A stretch of DNA of 64,000 bases from Ginglymostoma cirratum (GCA_024137785.1 JAHRHZ010000028.1:29344087-29408086); one strand, 5' to 3'. Numbered from the stretch's first letter, positions 50,185 through 64,000 are shown. A program made the numbers and translations. The notes: generated from the sequence alone by a model not told the origin.

Positions 50185-52214
50185 AGTTTATAACTCTCTA
50201 TCCTTCCATGTTATTTGCAGTTGAACACAAAGATTGAAACAGTTGTGTTTATTTTAGTTTGTAACTGATTACTGCCAACACAAACTGGATAGCAAGCTAC
50301 CTGGAACCAAGAGGAAAGCATGTTAGGATGCCACCTGAAATGTTAGTTTGAAGTTCCTTGTCTTGAGCAAGTATGTAATGTTGCATTTTCTGTTGTCTGA
50401 CAATCGAATATTGGAACCAAATAGGTTCTTTCCCCATCTAATGACTTAGATGAACTTAACCATAACAGCAGCTACATGGTTGCAGTTAATTACTGTTGGT
50501 ATCAGGCAGAATGTCAGCCATCATTTTTGCAGTAAGTGAATAAAAAAAACAGGAAAATGCATAAAGCTTTGATTAGTACATCATTGAAAAGCAATTATGT
50601 TGTAAGGTTGCCATGCGAGTTGGACTGAGGAGAAATTCTACTGGTACCCTATAGTGCAATATGGTCGAACCTTGTATGGTATGCCAGTGAAAATTCATAT
50701 CAACCAATATCTTGAATTTGAGGTTCCAGTGAAATTTGTTTTTTTAACCAAATACTTTAACATTCCTCTGAAGAAAAGAAGCAGCAAACTTGTACATGAC
50801 ATAAAGCAGGACAGTATAAGACAAAGTTAATTGTTGCCTCGCTACAAAGGGATTGTGTTAGAACTACCTGATATGCCGTTCCTGTCCACTCCAAAAGAAA
50901 GTAAAAAGATATTTACATGATTACATTCTGACAAAAATAAATTCGGTAGAAAACCAGCAGTGTAATTTTCAGCTAAACCTCTCAATTTTCAAATTTGTAT
51001 ATTATTACCACAGAACAAAGTTTATGATGAACAGTTGTATCGCAAAAAAAAAACTCTTTTGGTTTGCCTTGCACAGACCAGATAACCTACATAACGCAAA
51101 ACCAATTCTTAGTTATTTTCCTGTATTTGAAAAGAAGGAATGTGCAGAGGATCTTCCCATTGGTCATTCAGTTCAGGTGGCATAGATGTATCGCATATTC
51201 ATTCACTGCTGTGTCTTGTGTCCAAGCAATGGAATACATTTTAACAGCCGATGTAGATTACATTTCCTGAGAAGTTTTATACAATTATGGTAGACCTAAT
51301 GGATCAGGCAGTGGGTACAATGATGTCTTGCCATTCTGGCTTCATTTACAGAACTAAACATTCCCTATATGCCATTCTGTTTTTTATGCCCTCTCCACAA
51401 CAAGCTGCAGCTAACATGCCAACTTATAGACAGTTCATAAACTGTCACTCAACAGTGAACACCATCTTTATCTTCGTTATAACCACTTGATTTCAAATAG
51501 TGACATTGTACTGCCTTACAGTAATTTAGATATATTCTTTGTATACAATTGATATAATGTGTGCATAAATCTGCATCGTTAATATCATGATTCTCTTAAC
51601 TCTGTGTATTCAACAATTTCATGGGTTACATTCAGTGTTGTTTATATGTTGAGAGTATTTGAAACAGCTGAAGTACTAAAATGTCAAAAGCAAACTTTAT
51701 TCCCTCTACTGACCTCAGAAAGAAAAGGGAAATGAACCTGGATTTTGATTACGTTCCCATCATGTGAAATTGTAGAAGTCATCCTGTATGAATGCATTTC
51801 TAGCAGCTGCTTCTGAGATTTTTGCTGTCGAAACAGTTGTGTTTTTTGGAGGATAAGGTTGATAAAATGTAGAGAATGTATTAACGTGTGAGGGGATTTC
51901 AGTAATATAGAATGGGATTCCATAGTGGTATATATAGACAGTGAAACCTTAAGAGTTGTCATATAACCTGCAACAAAAGATGACCTAAGTAGCAACAAAT
52001 TTACATATTCAAAGTCAATTTAAATGTAGCTTAACTTATAAAAGTAACATTGTCTTATTTAGTTTGTCAATGTGTCACTTAATTTTGCAGTTATTTGTCA
52101 CTATTACCGCTACCTGCAATGAGAAATTTCTTCATCCAGAGTAATGAGCTTGTGGAATTCTTTGCCCCAGAACGCAGCTGAGGCCAGAATATTGAATGTT
52201 TTTAAGAGTTAGAC

Positions 52215-52940
52215 GTAAGAAACAGGCATAGGTCATTTGGCCCCTGGAGCCTGCTCTACCATTGAACAAGTTCATGACAGATCTTTTTGTGAACTCAGCT
52301 CCACTTACTCCCTGCTCACCATAATCCTTAATTTCTTTACTGTTCAAAAATCTATCTGTCTTTGCCTTGTAAACTATCAATGAGGTAGCTTCAACTGCTT
52401 CACTGGGCAGGGAATTCCACAGGTTCACAAGCCTTTGGGAGAAGAAGTTCCTCCTCGAGTCAGTCCTAAATCTGATACCTCTTATTTTGAGGCTGTGTTC
52501 TCCCCTGCCCCCCCCCTCCAACCCAAGTTCCAATTTCACCCAACAGTGGAAATAACTTTCCTACTTCTATCATCTATTCCCGTCATAATTTTATGTTTCA
52601 ATGAGATTCTGCTTCTCCCAGCCCATTTATCTAAATTCCAGAAAGTATCATCCAATATATTCAAAATCCTAAGCCAGCACCCTCAAATCTAGAATCAACC
52701 AAGTGAAACTATTTTGTAAATTCTCTGGTGTCAGTACATTCTTTCTCAATTAAGGAGACCAAAACTGTACACTACTCCAGGTGTGGCCTCACCAGCTCCC
52801 TATATTAGCTGAAGCATAACCTCCCTGTTTTTAACCTCCCTCCCTCTAGCAATGGAGGATAATATTTTACTTGCTGCCTTAATTACCCGCTGTGTCTGCA
52901 AACTAACTTTGTGATTCATGCGCTGGGACAGCCAGGTCTT
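52215..52940 (-). mobile_element. CR1-type LINE 3' portion
   Basis: 'HSLKIRGIRFRTDSRRNFFSQRLVNLWNSLP'. Confidence 0.75.
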
Positions 52941-53599
52941 TCAGTGCATATAGTTCTTAGGGCAAATGGGATCAAAGTGTACGGGGAGAAAGTGGGAACA
53001 GTGTTCTGAAACGAATGATCAAACATGATATTTAACAATGGAGCAGGATCGAATGGCCTTTTTTAAAACCCATTTTATATATTTCTAAAATAAGAAATCA
53101 AAGGGTTTTTTTTTGCTTGATTCTAGTGGGTGTTGTAGATGCCAGTGAAGAGTTTTACAAAATCTATTTCAATAAGCCATACTCTGAATTTCTCATTCAA
53201 GTATTTTAGCCACTTGTAAAAAGCCATGTGATAATTTCCAAACAGAAACTTCAGTGGGTGAAAGATTTCCCAGATTAATCTACCTTATCTCAAGTAACTT
53301 CTGTTGTGAGGGAATAATCTATTCAAAGACCAAAAGCCCTCTCTCGTCCTTATTTATAATTAAGAGGTAAAGGTAATGCGGCAAAACCAACAAAGATTGA
53401 AAAATGTAAGAAAATGTGAAGTACATTGAGGTGCAGTGTTTGATGTGAAGTTCTAATTTAAAAGCCTCAAAATAATGGATGAAGGAAGTTGGGGACTTCT
53501 GATCTTTTGTTATCCTGGAACTAAACTCAAGTATGAATAATGGAATTTAAAAGAAATGAGTGAAGAAGTGGTTCAAAGAACTGCTGGAGTGCACAAGGA

Positions 53600-54380
53600 G
53601 CCTTTAGCTGTCTGTGCCAGGTCCCTGAGTGAGCAATGCACCTGGTGCTTTTTCTCTCATAATTTTGCACGTTCTTTCAGATAATCCAACCCCCTGTTGA
53701 ATGTTTGAATTGAAGCTGCCTCCATTACATTCAGTAAGCACGTTCCAGATCTGAACCAGCCACTACATAGAAATGTTTTGTGTCTGCATTGCTTCTTTGG
53801 CCAATTACCTTAAATCAAGTTCCATCTTATTCTTGATCCTCCTATCAGTGGAGCTGTTTTTCTTCCCTATCTACATTGACCAGATGCCTGTATCAAATCT
53901 CCTTTCAACCTTCTCTAAGGGAAACAGTCTAACTTTTCCAGTCTATCTACATAACTGGAATTCCTCATTTAAATTCTGAATCTTTTCTGTGCTCTCTTGA
54001 ACGTCTTCAGTTCTCCTAAAGTGTGATGCCAGAACACATTACTCCAGTTGAGGCGAAAAGATTCCGTATACAATGGCATGTAACCACCATGGTGTTATAT
54101 TCTTTACTCCTATAAATAAAGCTTGGGATGCTGTATGTTTTGTTAGCTGTGCTCTCAATCTGTCCTGCTACTTACAGTGTTTTATGTATAGCTATCTCAA
54201 AGACCCTCTGCTCCTGTATCCCCTTTGGTTTGTACCATTTAAATTATAATTGTATCTCTGTGTTCTCTCTACCAAATTGATCCACTTTTAATTTGCCACT
54301 TGCTTGCCCATTTCACTGGTCTTTGTCCTTTTATGAACTCCTACATTATTCTCACGGTTCACAGTGCTTCAAATTTAGTA
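53600..54380 (-). mobile_element. Old CR1-type LINE remnant
   Basis: Degenerate ORF2 3' end on the minus strand (e.g. 'tatcaaatctcctttcaaccttctc', 'tactccagttgagg'). Confidence 0.5.
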
Positions 54381-54395
54381 TCACGCATAAATGTT

Positions 54396-54484
54396 AGATA
54401 ACAAGCATGGGGCTGGATGAACACAGCAGGTCAAGCAGCATCATAGGAGCAGGAAAACTTGACGTTTCGGGCCTAAACCCTTCA
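54396..54484 (-). mobile_element. Solo Penelope 3'-end fragment, 11-bp TSD gcataaatgtt
   Basis: Nearly identical to 16511-16598 and 24-110; TSD at 54385-54395 and 54485-54495. Confidence 0.8.
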
Positions 54485-56139
54485 GCATAAATGTTGATTT
54501 TTTTTCTGTCATTAATAAACATTAGGAAGAGCCAGAGAGGCCTTGGGAGTGCTGACCCTTTGGAAACTACACATCAAACTATCCTCTGGCCTGGAAAGCA
54601 TCCATAACCACTAATTCCTGTCACTCAGTCCATATCCATTTTGCAGCTGTTTCCTGAGGTTAATGGTGAGAATATGATCATGCCAATCGACAAAGTGCGT
54701 TTTAGGTTGTATCCTAATCTCAGAAGAATCTCCAGATATGTTTCATTCATGGAACTAGACATCACTGGCTGTGCCAGCATTTAATGTAAATGCCTGATGG
54801 TCCTTGAGATACAAATAGTGACCCCAAACATTGAGAAACTCCTCTACTTTCCTTCAAGTATTGGCTGTAGTTTTTGTCTTATTTGAAGTTTATTGTCTTA
54901 TTTGAAATAGCACCTCTGGAAATGCAGTATTCCTTCAGTGTGCATCAGCTTGGATTATTTGCTGAGTTATTTATTTATTCATTTTGCGGGATGCAAGCAT
55001 CACTGGCTAGCCAGCATTTATTGCCCGTCCTTATTTGCACTTGAGAAGATGGTGGTGAGCTGCTTTCTTGAACTACTGGAGTCCACCTGCTGTGAGTTGA
55101 CATGCAATGCCATTAGGAAGGGAATTCTGGGATTTTGACACAGCAACAATGATATATTTCCAAGTCAGGATGGTGAGTGACTTGAAGAGGAACTTGAAGG
55201 TGGTGGTGACGTTCCCAATCTCTAGGGTTCGTTTTAGACTTCTGCTGTCTTAGATCAAAGGCAAAAGTGCCATAACTGAGCTGTTAGCCAATACCTTGAT
55301 GTAATTGACCATAGGAGAGACAGTAAGGGATAATGACTATAAAATCTCCAATATAATTAATTACGTAGAGTTCAACTGTTTGGGTATGATAAAATTAAGC
55401 AATCTTAGTGCTGACGTGTCTTTGTCAAAAGTGGAGGTGCAGGACCAATTTTTATCTTTGGGGGGCAGCAGTGTCCTTTCTAAATGCCAGCTTTTACTCT
55501 GCTTGTATAATTCATTGAGGATGATTAATTACTCCTATCCCAGTGTCTTGAATATAGTTAATTTTTCATTCCTACAACACTCTTGGAGTTTTGCATATAT
55601 CTTTTTGTGTGAAATGGGTGAGATTGGTGGATAAAAAAAAATTATTTTGTCCTGTGTTTTACGTAGCAAATGGTATATTCTGCCCGCTTTTTACTGTTTC
55701 TAAAAAATGATTTCGGAGTTTTGTTTCCGTCCTGTGTTTTCTACCCATGATGTATTGGAGTCAGGAGCAAAGGTATCTGTTATGTTCTTCTGTTTTGATG
55801 TAAATGTACCAATGACACAAGGATTGGCAAGGCAACAATGTGTGTGTATGAAGGTAAGATAATATCCAAAACTATGTACAGCTCACCTGATTTTGATAAC
55901 TGCTGCTTATAGAGATGTCCCAAGAAATCATGGAGGCTAATATATCACAAATGGTGAGCTATGTAATTGTTGGCAATAGTTTAAAATCTGTCTCCTTAAA
56001 AGTGCATGTCATCTTTTAACAACATCCCTCTTTTTTCCCAATTAAAAGTTCTGCATGAACGAATCAAACAAATGTTTGCATGTCTAAACAAATTCCAAAA
56101 TCACAGCTATGATTAGCAAGTAGGCAAAAGTAAGCATGG

Positions 56140-57040
56140 CAGTGAAGAAGGCAAATGGTTCGTTAGCTTTTGTAGCAAAAGAATTTGAGTACAGGAGCAG
56201 GAATGTTTTGCTGCAATTGTACACGGCTTTGTTGAGACCACACTTGGAGCATTGTGTGCAGTTTTGATCTCCTAATCTGAGGAAGGATGTTCTGGCTGTG
56301 GAGAGATTGCAACAAAGGTTTTGTTTCAGTTAGGACTATATTCACTCGAATTTAGAAGGATGGCGGCGGATCTCATAGAAGTCTGTAAAATTCTAACAGG
56401 ACTGGACAGGGTAAATGCAAGAAGGATGTTCCGAATGACTGGGGTGTCCAGAGCCAGGGATCGGGGTTCAATTCCAGTCTTGGATGACTGTCCACGTGGA
56501 GTTTTCTCCGGGTGCTCCGATTTCCTCCAACAGTCCAAAGATGTGCAGGTTAGATGGATTGGCCATGCTGAAATTGCCTGTGGTGTTTGGGGATGTGTCG
56601 GCTAGGTGGGTTAGCCATGGGAAGTGTATGTGATTACAGGATATGGTCAGAAGCTGGGTCTGGGTGGGATGCTGTATGGAGGGTCGGTGTTGACACGGTG
56701 GGCTAAATGGCCTCCTTCCAGACAGTGGGGATTCTATGGTCCTAAGACCAATAAGTGACCAACGATCACAGTTTAAGGATAAGGGGTAGGCCAATTAAGA
56801 CTGAGATGAGAAATTTCTTCACATAGAAAGTGGTGAGCCTGTGGAATTCTTTGCCACAGAAAATAGTCAAGGCCAAAACATTGAATGCTTTCAAGAGAAG
56901 GATATAGTTGTTTGGACTAAAGAGTTTAAAGGGTACGGGGAGAAAGTGAGAACATGGTGTTGATTTGAATGCTGTGATCATATTTAATGGTGGTGGAACA
57001 GGCTCAAAGGGTATTTTCTATGCTTCTATTTTCCATGTTT
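56140..57040 (+). mobile_element. CR1-type LINE 3' portion with nested tRNA-derived SINE (about 56455-56740)
   Basis: 'LGLYSLEFRRMAADLIEVCKILTGLDRV'; SINE body 'ccaaagatgtgcaggttag.tggattggccatgct'. Confidence 0.75.
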
Positions 57041-58759
57041 CTGTTACCATTAATAGATTAATCTTATTAAGTTGCATGCCAACCATGGCCTAACTGATCA
57101 GCATTCTCATCTCGGGCTGTATATATTGATGTTTGGTTTCTTGTGTCCCCGTCTTGATGAGTGGAAGACAAAAAGCTTCAGAGCATAGGGTGGGGGCAGT
57201 CTGATTGTTGGGTTTAAATGGTAAAAGCATTTGGTAGGGTAGATAAAGAAAAATTGTAAAGGAAGGCACCAGTTTAATTAAGAAATTAGGGTGTTAATCA
57301 TAATAATACAATGTACTATGCAGCATTTGAAGAAGTGCAAAGAAACTAGGGAGAAAACATTGCAGAAAAGCACAGGACTTTTAAGGGCCTTGAAGGTTTT
57401 GCTATTGCAAAATAGCCAAATCACCTATAAGATAAAAAGACAGAGACAAATGAACAGTGACCCTCAAACATTTATAAAGAGACATTAAAAATGCTTTTTT
57501 GGGGTATGGAATGAACTGTGAAAGCTGTTTAATAGTCATAGAGACAAACAATAGGTCTTATAAACTCAACTGTGATAGAGGTCAGACATCTTCAGGGACA
57601 GAAGGGTAGAGTTTATCACCAACTCCTCTTGATGGTTGAGACAAAGACACTGTAAACAAATTATACTGGATTCTGAGTCTAATTTTTGTAAAATCTTATT
57701 TGGTTGAATATCCAAATGTGTTTTTAAAGTGGATTTAAACATTGTGTATACATTTGAAGTAGAATATTCATGTTATAATTATCTTTGATTATGTAGCTAC
57801 CACTCAGTATTAAAGGAATACAGCATCAATAACTTACTTTCTCAGAGTAGTCACTATGTGCGTAAGTGAAGTCATTGTCTTTGAGCAGTGTATATTCTAT
57901 GACACAGTTTCATTCCTGTAACGAATTGGCTCTCACAATAAATATTCCTAAGAGAGATCACCGTGAGTCCACATCTACATAGCAACAACCTAAAATTCTT
58001 GATTTAGGATTCTAAGTGCTGATATTGGTGACCTTAAACAGAAAGTTGATTCCATCATGCTATACATTGTAGATTTCTTCTCCTGTGAGATGATTTTGCA
58101 GTTTTGACAACACATATGAGGCAGGACATTTCATTTCAGGATCCAGCCTATTATTGGAAAAGATGGCAAAGTTTCTTTAATGATCTGAAATTTCTTTTAG
58201 TTGATGTTTTAAGCTTGACTGAGGGGGGTAACTTTGCGATGGTAGAAGCACTAACAAAATTATCTCCTCCACTGGGGGAATTAGGAACAAGACATAATCA
58301 ACTCCCTGATGGCTTTGTGGGTCTACCTACAGCAATTGTACTGTGGCAGTACCAAAAGGCTGCTCATCACCACTTTCTCAAAGGCAAATAGGAACCTGCA
58401 ATAATTGTTGGCTCAGCCAGTTCCCGAAGTGAGTATAGATATTTTCTAAACAACCCACTTAGAGATGTTACGACACAACTATGGCGTAGGTGGGACTCCT
58501 GGCTCATAGGTAGGGATACTACCACTGCACCACGAGTGCATGTAGAAAGGATCTTAAAATTAAAGTCAGCAGTGAAATTGGAAAGCTTTTTTTTGCACAA
58601 GATCCTAGAAGTGTAGGACTTTTATCCAAAACAGCTGTGGACAGTCGGTCTGTTCTGAGATCAAGAACTTTTTGTTCAGTGAGGGTAACGCAGCTGAGGA
58701 GCAAAGGAAAGTATGTGGATTTGAGATCAACTGTGATTTAGCTGAACCCTTTATTCTTT

Positions 58760-59115
58760 ATTCATTCACAGGATGAGGGCGTCGCTGCCGAGGCAGCATT
58801 TATTGCCCATCTCTAATTGCCCAGAGGGCAGTTAAGAGTCAACCACATTGCTGTGGGTCTGGAGTCACATGTAGGCCAGACCAGGTAAGGATGGCAGTTT
58901 CCTTCCTAAAGGACACTTTTCCCTAAAGGACATTGGCAAACCAGATGGTTTCCCCCCCGCCGACCCCGACAATCGATTCATGGTCATCATTAGATTCTTA
59001 ATTCCAGATATTTATTGAATTTAAATTCCATCATCTGCTGAGGTGAGATTTGAACCCAGGTCTCCAGAACGTTATCTGGGTCTCTGGATTAACAACCCAG
59101 TGATAATACCACTAG
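58760..59115 (-). mobile_element. tRNA-derived SINE
   Basis: Minus-strand A/B boxes (tagtggtattatcactgg...cctgggttcaaatc) and body 'gcaatgtggttgactcttaactgccctctg'. Confidence 0.7.
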
Positions 59116-59412
59116 GCAGCATTGCTAACCACTGAGCCGCCTTTGGTATTATTCTTCTGACTTAAGATGTAAATGTGCTGATACCAGCACTTTCTATTTT
59201 TATTTCTGATTTCCAGTATCCTCAATATTTTGCTTTTAGTAGACTAATATTTGGAATGGCAGGTTGCTTTATGAGGAAAAGCTGGACAGGACTGGGCTTG
59301 TATTCACTGCTGTTTAGAAGAGTAAGAGGCAACTTGATTAAAACATATAAGATCCTGTGGGCCCTTGATAATATGAATATGGAAAGAATGTTTCCTTTTA
59401 TGATAAAATCAA
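59114..59412. repeat. Near-identical ~300-bp local duplication (other copy at 60828-61126)
   Basis: Both copies encode an identical peptide over about 77 aa in the ORF track (59175.. and 60889..). Confidence 0.92.
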
Positions 59413-60171
59413 AACTAGGCCATCATGCTCCCCATGCTGGAGGTGCTAAATGGCATCCTCCTGTTCCTAATATTCCAATGTTTTTAAGTAATCAGTAACA
59501 GTAATCACAATGTTAATAATTAAAACAATACTGGGCATGCGAGGAAAATTGAACACTGCAACCTGGTAATAGATTGCATCTCTTTAACTAAGAGTAATGT
59601 CTGGTGGGGGGTGGAGGGGTAGTACTGATGGTTAAATGAAAACTGAGGTTCCTTAGACCGGCACGGAATGGTAAATGTTGGAGAAAATTCCATTGCACAG
59701 GTAAGTTAATCATTTACTTGGAAATTTTATAAATTTTATGTTGTTTTTCTCTGCAGATTAAGCTGTGGAATGTTACTGCTGGCGACTGGAACTTTTCCTG
59801 TTTCAGGCCCCGTGGTGGATATCTCACTGCTAAGTGTAACACAATGTTCTCCATCCATTGAAGCAACTGCCTGAACCTCAGGAGAACATCCCCTTACTGC
59901 ATTAGTCTGATAGTTTCCCTTCTCCCATATTCCACACTCACCCTTCATAAGGCAGTCTGACTGACATTGCTGGAATGAAATGCCAGTTCGAGGCTATTGT
60001 GTGCCTGAATCCAAAGCCACTGGGAATTAGATGGAGTCTGGCTAAATCCATCACATTCTACTGATGGAGCATTAAATTGACAAAGCTGTTAAACCCATCT
60101 GCCCCCTCCGGTGGACATACCATTTACTGTGAGGGGAATTGAATCCAAAAGTAAGGCGTTTCAAAGAAGAG

Positions 60172-60374
60172 AGATAGTAGGAACTGCAGATGCTGGAAAA
60201 TCTGAGATAACAAGATGTAGAGCTGGATGAGCACAGCAGGCCAAGCAGCATCAGAGGAGCAGGAAAGCTGAAAAATTTTTTCTGAAGAAGGGTCTATGCC
60301 CGAAATGTCAGCTTTCCTGCTCCTCTGATGCTGCTTGGCCTGCTGTGTTCATCCAGCTCTACATCTTGTTATCT
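60172..60374. mobile_element. Fold-back Penelope-derived insertion, 14-bp TSD gtttcaaagaagag
   Basis: Long inverted arms around a central ctgaaga-agggtctatgccc-gaaa-tgtc hammerhead-like core; TSD at 60158-60171 and 60375-60388. Confidence 0.8.
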
Positions 60375-60554
60375 GTTTCAAAGAAGAGTCTGTTTCTCTT
60401 TCCACAGATATTGTCAGACCTGCTGAGTTTCTCCAGTACCTTTATTTCAGATCTTCAGCATTTGCTGAATTTTGCTTTTACAACAGTAAGGAGGCAATTC
60501 TCCAGTTTTATAGGGCATTGCTGAGACCACATCTGGAGCATTGTCTACAGTATT

Positions 60555-60855
60555 CATAGAATCCCTACAGTGTGGGAACAGGCTCTTCAACCCAACAAGT
60601 CCACCTCAACCCTCAGACCATCCCACCCAAACCCATCCCCATAATCTATACATCCCTCAACACAATGGGCAGCTCAGCATGGCCAATCTACCTAGCCTGC
60701 ACGTCTTTGGGCTGTGGGAGGAAACCGGAGCACCCAGAGGAAACACACACAGACATAGGGAGAATGTGCAAACTCCACATAGACAGTTGCCCAAAGGTGC
60801 GATCGAATCCAGGTCCTTGGTGCTGTGAGGCAGCAGTGCTAACCACTGGGCCGCC
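60555..60855 (-). mobile_element. tRNA-derived shark SINE (HE1-like)
   Basis: Minus strand: ggcggcccagtggttagcactgctgcctcacagcaccaaggacctggattcgatc...tgtggagtttgcacattctcc. Confidence 0.75.
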
Positions 60856-61334
60856 TTTGGTATTATTCTTCTGACTTAAGATGTAAATGTGTTGATTCCA
60901 GCACTTTCTGTTTTTATTTCTGATTTCCAGTATCCTCAATATTTTGCTTTTAGTAGACTAATATTTGGAATGGCAGGTTGCTTTATGAGGAAAAGCTGGA
61001 CAGGACTGGGCTTGTATTCACTGCTGTTTAGAAGAGTAAGAGGCAACTTGATTAAAACATATAAGATCCTGTGGGCCCTTGATAATATGAATATGGAAAG
61101 AATGTTTCCTTTTATGATAAAATCAAGAACTGCTTAAAAATATGGGATCACCCATTTCAGATAAAAGACAAATTGTTTTCTCACAGACAATAGTACCTCT
61201 TTGGAAGACATTTCCTTGAAAGGCAGCGCAAGGCTGAATCCTTGAATATTTTTAAGGCAGAAGTAGATGGATTCTTGATTAGCGAGGGATTAAAAATGAT
61301 CGGGGGAGGAAGGAATGTGGATTGTTTTCCTTAC

Positions 61335-61660
61335 TGGGGCGGCATGGTGGTTCTGTGGTTCGTACTGCTGCCTCACAGCACCAGGGACCCGGATTTGATT
61401 CAATCCTCGAGCAACTGTCTGTGTGGAGCTTGCATGTTTTCCCAAAGTCTGCCCCGGTTCCCTCCCACAGTCCGGAGATGTGCATGTTAGATAAAAAGGC
61501 CATGCTAAATTGTCTTGTGGTATCTGAGGATGTGCAGGCGAGATGGATTGGCCACGGGAAACGGAGGGTTACAGGGCAAAGGTAGGGGATGGGTCTGCTT
61601 GGTATAGACTCAATAGGCCAAATGGCCTGCTTCCAAACTGTAGGAATTCTATTCCAATTA
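61335..61660 (+). mobile_element. tRNA-derived shark SINE (HE1-like)
   Basis: ggggcggcatggtgg...actgctgcctcacagcaccagggacccgg...tgtgtggagcttgcatg. Confidence 0.75.
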
Positions 61661-61758
61661 ATGGACCAAATGGCCTGCTTCCAAACTGTAGGAATTCTAT
61701 TCCAATTAATGGACCAAATGGCCTGCTTCCACACTGTAGGAAGTCTATTCCAATTAAA
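61615..61758 (+). repeat. 48-bp tandem repeat x3 at the SINE tail
   Basis: Unit ggaccaaatggcctgcttccaaactgtaggaattctattccaattaat. Confidence 0.92.
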
Positions 61759-62289
61759 GATAGGTGTAAATATGTTGGAAGCAGTTCAGAGAAGGTTTAC
61801 CAAGACTGCAGCACTTTCTAAATCGACCATGATCTTACTGAATGAAGGAGCAGTCCCAAAAAGTCAAGAAAACAAATGGAATGCTGGCCTTTATAGTTAG
61901 AGGCCTGGAGCACAAGGATGCAGAAGTTATGCTACAGCTATACAAAATCTCCCAGTTAGACTGCAGTTTTAGTGCTGTGAGCAGATGAGCCATACCTTAG
62001 GAAAGATATATATTGCCTTGCGGGGCGTAGAATGTACGTTTACAAGAATGATACCTGGACTGAATGCTCCTATGTTCTGTCCCTAATACCATATGTTTGT
62101 ATTTGCACCATGGCACAATTTTGAAGAAAAGCAGAGAAGTTCTCCCCTGGTCCAGGCCAATATTCGTCCCTCAATCAACATTTGAATTGATTTGATTCAT
62201 TATTGTCACATGTACCTAGGGTACGGTGAAAGGTTTGTTTTGCGTGCAGTGCAGGTAGATCACACCATACAAAGTGCATTATCAATAAA

Positions 62290-62600
62290 CCTTAGAATCC
62301 CAAAAAGTGTGGAAACAGGCCATTCAGCCCAACAAGTCCACACCAACCCTCTGAAGAGTATCCCACCCAGAGCCATTCCCCTATCCCATCCCTGTATCCC
62401 TGCATTTCCCAAGGCTAATCCGCCTAACCTACACATCCCTTTTCACTTTGGGCAATTTAACATGACCAATCCACCTAACTTGCACATCTTTGGACTGTGG
62501 GAGGAAATCAGAGTACCTGGCAGAAGCCCACGCAGACACAGGGAGAATGTGCAAACTCCACACAGACAGTCGCCCGAGGTTGGAATTGAACCTGGCTCCC
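62290..62600 (-). mobile_element. tRNA-derived shark SINE (HE1-like), 5' truncated
   Basis: 'cagggagaatgtgcaaactccacacagacagtcgcccgagg' same family as 60555-60855. Confidence 0.75.
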
Positions 62601-64000
62601 TAGTGGTAATAGAACAGGGTGAAGAATGCAGTGCTATGGCTGCAGAGAAGGTGCAAGAGAGCGAGATCAACATTTAAGTGTAAAATTTGAAGGTCCATTC
62701 AGAAGTCTGATAACAGCGGGCACCAAGCTGTTATTGAATCTATTCGTACGTGTATGTAAACTTTTAGAATCTTTAAAGCTGAAAGTAGATTTAAGAGAAT
62801 ATTGTTAGTAATTCCGATAGACTTAGAGTTGAGGTTTAGAAGGATTATAACATATATGAGAATAAGATCTGCCATAGACAGCTGACCAAAAATTCTCCAA
62901 ACTTTGGTGCCATCTTGAATATCACAAACTATTGACTATCCCATCATTATCCCATTGCTATTTGTTGGAAGGTACTGAATGCAGATTGGCTGCTATGTTT
63001 CCTTGCAACAGAGACCACACTTTAAAAAAAATGACTTTGACACACCCTATAGTGTGTCAAAGCACAATGTAAATGCAAGTCTTCCTTTTACTAAATTGGA
63101 TCTACGCAACCAGGAACAGAGAGGAAACTGACTTATGTAGAAATTGGCAAAAAAAAAAGAGAAAATGCTGCAAATGTGCCATAGGTCAGTCAAGATGTGC
63201 ATCAAGAAAAAATGGCTGCCATCCATCACCATTTTAACTCCATCAATCTAGGATGATTTGACTCAAATCCCCGAGGTGTTGAAACAATCACACCATTCAG
63301 TTTCTTTTTTGTTCCTGATTGTACAAACAGACTTTTATTCCTGGCAGTAAGAGCTCAGCACGGTGAAGAAAATAAACTGAGAAGTGAAAAAGTTGGCATA
63401 ATTTTGTTTGTTTATGGTTGGCCTTTGCTGATGGCTCTTTTCATATTTTCTTTGTGAAGGAAGTATAGCAGGAAACCATTCGGTCACTCCACCCAGCAAT
63501 AAGAATGTAACCGATCTGATTTAGATTTTATTTCCTCTTTCCTATCTGCCCCAATAAACTTTGACTCCCTTGTAGCTCAAAAATCTGTCAAAATGATCCT
63601 TGACTAATGGCCCAGGCTCCACTACACTCTAGAGTAGAGAAATCTAAAGATTAGTAACCCTTTCAGAGGAAAAAATTCCTCCAACTCCCATCGTAAATGG
63701 GAGACGTCTTATTTTAAACCTGTGCCCCTCAGTTCTCAGCTTCCTCAATGTGGGGAAACATTGTTTCAGTAATTACTTTATCAAGAACACTCAATCTTAT
63801 GCTTCAGTTTGCCTGCATTAAATTGGTGCCAGTGTATCCCTGCCTGTTCAGTTGTGACATGTTTTGTTTCATTTTTATACAATTTGCAGCATCCCAATCT
63901 GATTGTGACAGAGACCTTTATATATAGATGGGCACAGTGTCTGGACAGACCATCTTTCTGATGGGATATTAAATGAATCTCTATCCCACCCCCCTCCCCC

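Noticed and set aside
50200-64000. Search for a further gene downstream of SNRPE (e.g. SOX13, the mammalian neighbour)
   Set aside because: No recognisable coding exons; ORFs here derive from CR1, SINE or Penelope repeats.

Overview
Vertebrate nuclear DNA, most likely a shark: it carries cartilaginous-fish-type CR1/L2 LINEs, tRNA-derived SINEs and Penelope-like elements, plus two 400-N gaps. Two intact + strand genes lie in the same order as in mammals. ZC3H11A has 17 coding exons (14200-33909, 851 aa) and SNRPE has 5 coding exons (41495-50037, 92 aa, first intron U12-type). An intact tRNA-Lys(UUU) gene sits head-to-head just upstream of the ZC3H11A CpG promoter. The most striking observation is in ZC3H11A intron 1 (about 10577-13300), the position of the domesticated hAT transposase gene ZBED6 in placental mammals. 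Short peptide motifs resembling ZBED6 appear there in the same order, on the same strand and at similar spacing, broken by stops and frameshifts, i.e. an apparent ZBED6 fossil in a cartilaginous fish. That comparison used the human ZBED6 sequence from memory and needs alignment. Other points: a decayed copy of a ZC3H11A exon inside an intron, multimerised YY1-like and GC-box/X-box promoter motifs, minimal hammerhead ribozymes and fold-back Penelope-derived inserts with TSDs, and a possible spliced minus-strand transcript. Most ORF-track entries are repeat-derived or spurious, and repeat boundaries are approximate.
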